DNA of 32,000 nucleotides from positions 510,001 to 542,000 of the forward strand of contig CP002278.1 in the NCBI GenBank assembly GCA_000166095.1, read 5' to 3'. This document shows positions 27,078 through 32,000 of this stretch, piece after piece (position 1 is the first letter of the stretch; every line of letters starts with the position of its first letter). A program made the translations under genes and the position numbers. Origin of the DNA: Methanothermus fervidus DSM 2088. GTDB lineage: Archaea; Methanobacteriota; Methanobacteria; DSM-2088; Methanothermaceae. Under the pieces are notes generated by a model that worked only from the letters and a program-made list of their open reading frames with translations, made no database searches and was not told the DNA's origin.

Positions 27078-27407
27078 TTTAAGATTTCCAGTTATTTTGT
27101 CAATTTTTTTATCATCGTCAGGTCCTATGCCTAAACATGTTATTGTACCTGGTGGCAATTCTGTATGTCCTGCATCCTTCACAAGATAATGTGGTAGTCC
27201 AGAATTTTTTACAGCCTCATAAATTTTAAGTAATTCATCCAAAGTTTTTACTTTAAGAACAACTTTTTTTGCACCCTCAGATTCCCATTTTTTTATTTTA
27301 TTTTTTTCTGCATTTTTAAATGACTCAAGTGATGCATGACATGCCTGAGCTATCAATTTACCTTTAGACATCTTAATGTCATCTCTAACAACTATAACTT
27401 GTTTCAT
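27066..27407 (-). CDS. pth2: Archaeal-type peptidyl-tRNA hydrolase (Pth2)
   Basis: [26 protein letters not shown]...[21 protein letters not shown] is the Pth2 signature. I prefer ATG 27407 (GAGGAGGT SD) over the ORF-track start at 27449. Confidence 0.9.
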   Translation of the reverse strand: MKQVIVVRDDIKMSKGKLIAQACHASLESFKNAEKNKIKKWESEGAKKVVLKVKTLDELLKIYEAVKNSGLPHYLVKDAGHTELPPGTITCLGIGPDDDKKIDKITGNLKLLK

Positions 27408-27585
27408 CTTTACCTCCTCTAAAAATTTTATTGTGAATTTTCCAATCAAATAATTTTAATCACGTTCTAATATTTTTAGCTTTGAAAGCATATTTTTCCA
27501 CTTATATACTTAAAATGGTTTAAGTTTGCATGATGTGTAAAACAACCTTTATTATACAGAAGAAATTTTTTGATGACGAGGAAAA

Positions 27586-28426
27586 TTAACTTTGAATTGT
27601 TTTTGTTCTATATTTTGGTGAAATTAAATTAGTTATAAAAAATATTGTGGCCGATATAAGTACTATTACTGCTCCACATGGAGTGTTTAGAAGATAAGAA
27701 AATATAATTCCTAAAAAACAAGATAATCCTCCAAAAAAACCCTGCAACACAAAATAAATGTTTTAAATTATGTGTTACTTGATAAGCAGCTGCAGCTGGA
27801 CATATTATTAATGTAGATACTAACAGTCCGCCTATTGACTCTAAATTGGCAGTAACTGTTAAGCCAATCAAAAAAATAATTCCATAATATATTAAACATG
27901 CTGGCAATCCTACAGAGAGAGCAATTTCACGATCAAAAATAATAGCTTGAAACTCTTTATAAAAAAGACTTGTACTACCTACTACTAATATAAACGAAGC
28001 AATAACAATCATTAAGGCATTTATATCCATCCCTATGGCATTCCCCCACATCAAATTCAGTGCTTCTGTTTTGGCTGATACCATTAGGCCCATAAGAAGA
28101 AAAGCTAAGCCATGTGCGATGGCAACAACAAATCCCATGACTGTATCAGGATTTAACTCCCTTTTATCACTTAATGGACCTATAATTGCAGATACTATAA
28201 TACTACAAACGATTGCTCCAATTAAGGGGTTTATTCCAATGAAAAATGCAATAACACTGCCTAAAAATGCGGCATGTGCAATAGTTATACCAATCAAAGA
28301 TAAACCCATTCCAACTACCATAACTCCTAACATCCCACATGTAAAACCTCCTATTGTTCCTATTAGGAGAGCTTGTCTCATGAAGTCATAGGAAAACATT
28401 TTAAACAAATCTAAAAAAATCATCAT
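27586..28426 (-). pseudogene. ABC-3 family metal-transporter permease (TroD/ZnuB-like), interrupted by a +1 frameshift in an A7/T7 run
   Basis: The N-terminal 215 aa align with the neighbouring paralog. After the homopolymer at 27733..27739 the annotated frame reads unrelated sequence (...FFWRIILFFRNYIFLSSKHSMW...). Removing one base restores the paralog-like sequence AGFFGGLSCFLGIIFSYLLNTPCGAVIVLISATIFFITNLISPKYRTKTIQS* (stop at 27586..27588). Confidence 0.75.
27898..27968. repeat. 71-nt block identical to 28743..28813 (copy in the frameshifted permease gene)
   Basis: ATGCTGGCAATCCTACAGAGAGAGCAATTTCACGATCAAAAATAATAGCTTGAAACTCTTTATAAAAAAGA is present verbatim at both sites. Flanking paralogous sequence has clearly diverged. 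Confidence 0.9.
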
Positions 28427-29259
28427 TTAGAACACCTTTTTTTAACTTCATTGATTTTAGCTTTTTTGAAAAAATCGCTTATTAAAAATATTATTGCAGA
28501 AATTGTAACAATAGATGCACCACTAGGGAGATTAAAAATATATGATAAAAATATACCTACCCAACATGAGAGAACTCCTAAAATTGCTGACATAATAAAT
28601 AAGTCCTTTAAGTTGTCAGTTAAATTGTAAGATGTTGCTGCAGGAGTTATTATTAAACTAAATACTAATAACCCACCAATAGGCTGAATGGTGGCAGCAA
28701 CGCTTAAACCTGTTAAAAATAGAATACCATAAAATATCCAATATGCTGGCAATCCTACAGAGAGAGCAATTTCACGATCAAAAATAATAGCTTGAAACTC
28801 TTTATAAAAAAGAACAATGGTGGTTATTATAAATAAAGATGTGATTACCAAAACTATCAAATCAAAGTCTGTAACTGTTAAAATGCTACCCCAAATCAGT
28901 GAATATGACTCTGTTCTTTCAGCATAAGGCATCAAACCCATAAATAGAAAAGCAATGCCAATTGCAATGGCGAATATTATGCCTAACGAAGTATCTGGGC
29001 TAATTTCTCCTCTATCAATTAATGGACCTGTTAATGCCGCCGATAATAAACTGAATAAAAAAGCACCTATTAGTGGATCAATGCCTACAAACATGGAGAC
29101 TATACCACCAGCAAATGCAGCATGTGAAATAACTGGCCCAATAAATGATAAACGTAAACTTGTCACTAGGACACCAATCATTGAGCATGAAACTCCACCC
29201 AAAAGTCCAACTAATAATGCGCGTAATATAAAATTAGATGTTAAGATGTCTAGTAGCAT
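28423..29259 (-). CDS. ABC-3 family metal-transporter permease (TroC/ZnuB-like)
   Basis: Polytopic with the ABC-3 conserved block FYKEFQAIIFDREIALSVGLPA. I prefer the start at Met-12 (29259; MLLDILTSNF... aligns with the paralog N-terminus). The ORF-track start is 29292. Either start overlaps the ATPase 3' end. Confidence 0.8.
   Translation of the reverse strand: MLLDILTSNFILRALLVGLLGGVSCSMIGVLVTSLRLSFIGPVISHAAFAGGIVSMFVGIDPLIGAFLFSLLSAALTGPLIDRGEISPDTSLGIIFAIAIGIAFLFMGLMPYAERTESYSLIWGSILTVTDFDLIVLVITSLFIITTIVLFYKEFQAIIFDREIALSVGLPAYWIFYGILFLTGLSVAATIQPIGGLLVFSLIITPAATSYNLTDNLKDLFIMSAILGVLSCWVGIFLSYIFNLPSGASIVTISAIIFLISDFFKKAKINEVKKRCSK
28743..28813. repeat. 71-nt block identical to 27898..27968 (copy in the intact permease gene)
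   Basis: Same 71-mer as above. It encodes ...FYKEFQAIIFDREIALSVGLPA... in both genes. Confidence 0.9.
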
Positions 29260-30049
29260 TAGTAATTTCCTCCAAGTTGACACCATAAACATTTCGGAGA
29301 TTTTTTGGAGAGAATACTTTATTAGGGTGGCCTGTGGCTACTATCTCCCCTTTATTTAATAAAACTACTCTATTACAAATATTAAAGGTGTCTATAGGAT
29401 CATGAGTCACAAATAATGTTGTTAAATTATATTTTTCATGTACCTCCTTTATGAGTCGAAGTATTTCTATACGAGAACGCCAATCTAAAAAAGAAGTAGG
29501 CTCATCTAACAATAAAATTGATGGTTTTTGTGCTAATGCTCTTGCAATAGAAACTTTTTGTTTTTCACCTCCTGACAGATGGCCAACTGGTTTATTTGCT
29601 AAATTCATTATTCCTATGAGTTTCATTACTTCATTAACTATATCCCAATCTTCCTTTTTTGGTCGTCTTCCTAGACCAATGTGACCATAACGCCCTATCA
29701 TAACAGCTTCTTTTACAGAAATAGGAACTCGTGGGTCGATATTTAGTCCCTGAGGTACATATCCAATTTTTTTTCTTAATTGAGCTATCTTCCAGTCAAG
29801 GCGAAAATCTCTTCCTTTTTTTCCTGCTGACATTTTATATCCAAGTACTTTAACTTCTCCATGTACTAATGTAGCTAAACCATTGATTGCTGTAAGAAGA
29901 GTAGTTTTGCCGGCCCCATTGGGGCCAGCAATTCCAACTAATTCTCCCTGTTTTATTTTTAGAGTAACATCTCTCAGTGCTATTTCATCACGATACGAAA
30001 CAGCAACTTTGTTTAAAGAAATCACTATATCTTTTTCCATATTATTCAC
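29234..30049 (-). CDS. Metal ABC transporter ATP-binding protein (TroB/ZnuC-like)
   Basis: Walker A GPNGAGKTT, signature LSGGEKQKVSIARAL, Walker B ILLLDEPTSFLD, H-loop VTHD. Confidence 0.9.
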   Translation of the reverse strand: MNNMEKDIVISLNKVAVSYRDEIALRDVTLKIKQGELVGIAGPNGAGKTTLLTAINGLATLVHGEVKVLGYKMSAGKKGRDFRLDWKIAQLRKKIGYVPQGLNIDPRVPISVKEAVMIGRYGHIGLGRRPKKEDWDIVNEVMKLIGIMNLANKPVGHLSGGEKQKVSIARALAQKPSILLLDEPTSFLDWRSRIEILRLIKEVHEKYNLTTLFVTHDPIDTFNICNRVVLLNKGEIVATGHPNKVFSPKNLRNVYGVNLEEITNATRHLNI

Positions 30050-30053
30050 AATT

Positions 30054-30917
30054 TCAGTGTTTTTTATGTATCTTTTGTAGTTGCATTATAATCAAGTCTA
30101 CATTTTTAATGAAGGAATCTTTCCATGTACTTGTGCCTTCCATTCCTCCAGGATAGTTACTCAATGTTACCATAGGGATATTTAATTCTTTAGATATGGC
30201 GTTAGCTGCTGCTCTGTCAGGTGATTGTAGATTGTCTATCACTAATTCAGCTCCTTCTTGACGTCCTCTTTCAATTAATTGTTTTACTTTTCCCATAGGT
30301 ATATCTGGAGGATAAACTGCCACTATTTCAAATCCAGCCCATTTAGCAAATCCTGTTTGGTATAATGCTACAATAACTTTTGTCTTATTGGCACCATATT
30401 GATTTAATCTTTTTTTCTGTTCTGCTGCTATTTTTTTAGTTTCCAATTTTAAAGCTTCAGCTCTTTGTTTATAATAATTGGCATTTTTAGGATCTATTTT
30501 AATAAGGGCATTAGTAACATTATCTATACCAACAATACGCATTGGTGGTGTCATAAATGTTGCATTCATCATTCCAACTGTAACAATTGTAACATTAGTA
30601 TTTCCTGATGATTTTACTAATTTATCACTAAATTTTTGACTATCATAATCATGTCTTAAAAACAACTTGGCTTTTTTTAAAGTTTCCATTGTTTCTGGTT
30701 TAATATCAAAATGTCCAGGACATTGGGCAGGAGGAACAATATTTTGAACTTCTATTTTTTCTCCACCCACTGCTTTAGCTATGTCAGCTATGTCACTACT
30801 TGTTGTAACTACATATATTTTATTTGATTCGGGTTGTATTCCAAACTCATAGGCTATAATACCTCCTGCTATAACAAGCAGAAGAACAATACATCCGATT
30901 ATCCATTTTCTTTCCAT
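30054..30917 (-). CDS. Cluster A-I (TroA/ZnuA-like) metal-binding substrate-binding protein, membrane-anchored
   Basis: 287 aa with an N-terminal anchor helix. It has a two-lobed SBP layout, and CPGHFDIKPETMETLKKAKLFL aligns with the DPHxYEPTPxD...L..ADL block of TroA/ZnuA-type proteins. GGAGGTG SD. The gene order SBP-ATPase-permease-permease matches troABCD. Confidence 0.8.
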   Translation of the reverse strand: MERKWIIGCIVLLLVIAGGIIAYEFGIQPESNKIYVVTTSSDIADIAKAVGGEKIEVQNIVPPAQCPGHFDIKPETMETLKKAKLFLRHDYDSQKFSDKLVKSSGNTNVTIVTVGMMNATFMTPPMRIVGIDNVTNALIKIDPKNANYYKQRAEALKLETKKIAAEQKKRLNQYGANKTKVIVALYQTGFAKWAGFEIVAVYPPDIPMGKVKQLIERGRQEGAELVIDNLQSPDRAAANAISKELNIPMVTLSNYPGGMEGTSTWKDSFIKNVDLIIMQLQKIHKKH

Positions 30918-31014
30918 CTCAATGTCACCTCCAAATTTATCTTTATCATAATTTTATTAATAAGTTTATTATTATTTAATAAATTTTAATGTTTTAAAAA
31001 TAAAAATTTATAAC

Positions 31015-31683
31015 TCAAATTTTAATAGTTGTTCCAACTCCTGCTTTTATACATTCAAATTTTTTATCTAAAATCTTTTTATCTAATTCATCTGAGCAAT
31101 GACAAATAACAATTTTTTTAACACCAATATCATGTAAAAATTTAGCTGCTTTCTCTGTTTCTAATGGACTATGAAGACAAAAACCACAAAATGCACAATT
31201 AATATCTTTTTTCATTGTCTCATAAGCTTTTTTTATAATTTTCAATGCTCTTAAAGGTGTCCTAGAAACAAAAATAGTCATGTTTTCATCTTCTGTAAAT
31301 ATGAGAGCCTGACTATTATCATAGTTTATAATAAATATGCCTTCATAGATCTTCTGGCAACCTTCGATTACATTATATGAATTACTCTGTAGTGCACTAT
31401 ATCTTCCTGGAATATAAACATTGGGGCTTGGATTGGTCTTTAATAAACCACGCAGGCCTCCAATATGGTCACCATGTGTATGGGAGATAACTATCGAATG
31501 AATATCCTCCACATTTAAACCTAATTGATTAATATTATTAATAAGTATTTTAGAATCAGCGCCAGTGTCAAATAATATAGATCTTCCATGACTTCTAATA
31601 AAAACCGAGAATCCCCAAGAAGCTATTAAACCTTTTTCCTCTTTACCAATATTGTTGTCATATACTACCTTTGCATTTATCAT
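31015..31683 (-). CDS. MBL-fold metallo-hydrolase-family protein (MJ0301-like subfamily pattern)
   Basis: VVYDNN...GLIASWGFSVFIRSHGRSILFDTGADSKILINNINQLGLNVEDIHSIVISHTHGDHIGGL. This matches the MBL HxHxDH motif and the layout I associate with the methanogen MJ0301-type family. The start ATG overlaps the upstream stop (ATGA). Confidence 0.65.
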   Translation of the reverse strand: MINAKVVYDNNIGKEEKGLIASWGFSVFIRSHGRSILFDTGADSKILINNINQLGLNVEDIHSIVISHTHGDHIGGLRGLLKTNPSPNVYIPGRYSALQSNSYNVIEGCQKIYEGIFIINYDNSQALIFTEDENMTIFVSRTPLRALKIIKKAYETMKKDINCAFCGFCLHSPLETEKAAKFLHDIGVKKIVICHCSDELDKKILDKKFECIKAGVGTTIKI

Positions 31684-32000
31684 TTTATCCCCTTTTTAAT
31701 GAAACTTTCCCACTCATTTATTTCTTGTATAAGCCTTTCTAAAATTTTCTCTACACAATTAAACTTCATATTTTTTACATAATATTCCTCTAGTTTACGA
31801 TGGTATTTATAAGCTCTTCTAAAGTTCTTTATAGCATATTCAATAAGCTCTTCCATCTTTTTTTCTTCTGGCATCTGTAGAGGACCATTATTGATATTAT
31901 AAACTTCTTCACATTTTTTATCAGGAATATCAGTATTGGATATAATTGCTAAATTTAAATCTGGGAAAATTAAATGTTCTATGTTGTAAGGATCGAGAGG
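31680..32000 (-). CDS. Hypothetical protein; the reading frame remains open to the window edge (probably 5'-truncated)
   Basis: The ORF track lists 64 aa from Met at 31874. The same frame has no stop back to position 32000 (...PLDPYNIEHLIFPDLNLAIISNTDIPDKKCEEVYNINNGPLQMPEEKK...). It is translationally coupled to the MBL-fold gene. Confidence 0.4.
   Translation of the reverse strand, partial: PLDPYNIEHLIFPDLNLAIISNTDIPDKKCEEVYNINNGPLQMPEEKKMEELIEYAIKNFRRAYKYHRKLEEYYVKNMKFNCVEKILERLIQEINEWESFIKKGIK

Noticed and set aside
30918-31014. AT-rich palindromes (e.g. TTATTAATAA) upstream of the Tro-like operon as possible metalloregulator operators
   Set aside because: In a spacer that is almost all A/T, short palindromes of this kind are expected by chance. 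I cannot distinguish an operator from TATA/BRE-like background without a known motif or comparative data.
1-32000. CRISPR arrays, rRNA or tRNA genes
   Set aside because: I saw no regularly spaced 25-40-nt direct repeats. No GC-rich segments of rRNA or tRNA character exist other than the 7711..7850 island discussed above.

Overview
This is a strongly AT-rich archaeal window and almost certainly comes from a methanogen. The evidence is a clear formylmethanofuran:H4MPT formyltransferase gene (ftr), an archaeal Pth2, Shine-Dalgarno-led genes and tight operons. A thermophilic Methanobacteriales or Methanococcales source is my guess only. I support about 30 protein-coding genes, and I found no rRNA, tRNA or CRISPR array.

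Gene order, left to right:
- 3'-truncated MoxR/AAA_5-like ATPase, then argD.
- M48 (HtpX-like) protease.
- 2-TM K+ channel with an RCK N-lobe followed by three unusual tandem modules.
- ftr, a UPF0104 flippase-like membrane protein and an MJ0936-type phosphodiesterase.
- A GC-rich structured intergenic element next to a probable TnpB (IS200/IS605 OrfB) remnant.
- A 1726-aa CobN/ChlH-family protein with a signal peptide and a C-terminal membrane tether.
- acyP, then an overlapping NurA-like/HerA-like pair.
- Small hypothetical genes and a polytopic membrane protein.
- A tightly coupled mannosylglycerate operon: mpgS, mpgP, GH38 alpha-mannosidase, phosphomannomutase.
- A four-gene membrane-protein operon: two anchored coiled-coil proteins, an anchored OB-fold protein and a GT-C-like protein.
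- pth2.
- A TroABCD-like metal ABC transporter. Its last permease is frameshifted in an A7 run, and its two permease paralogs share a 71-nt identical block.
- An MJ0301-like MBL-fold protein and an ORF that stays open to the window edge.

Most interesting candidates:
- the exported CobN-like giant
- the K+ channel with three 'HSH' modules
- the stand-alone HerA/NurA pair
- the GH38 gene embedded in the mannosylglycerate operon
- the TnpB remnant with its structured RNA-like element
- the frameshift and gene-conversion signatures in the Tro-like operon

All functional calls come from motif recognition by eye. No database search was run.
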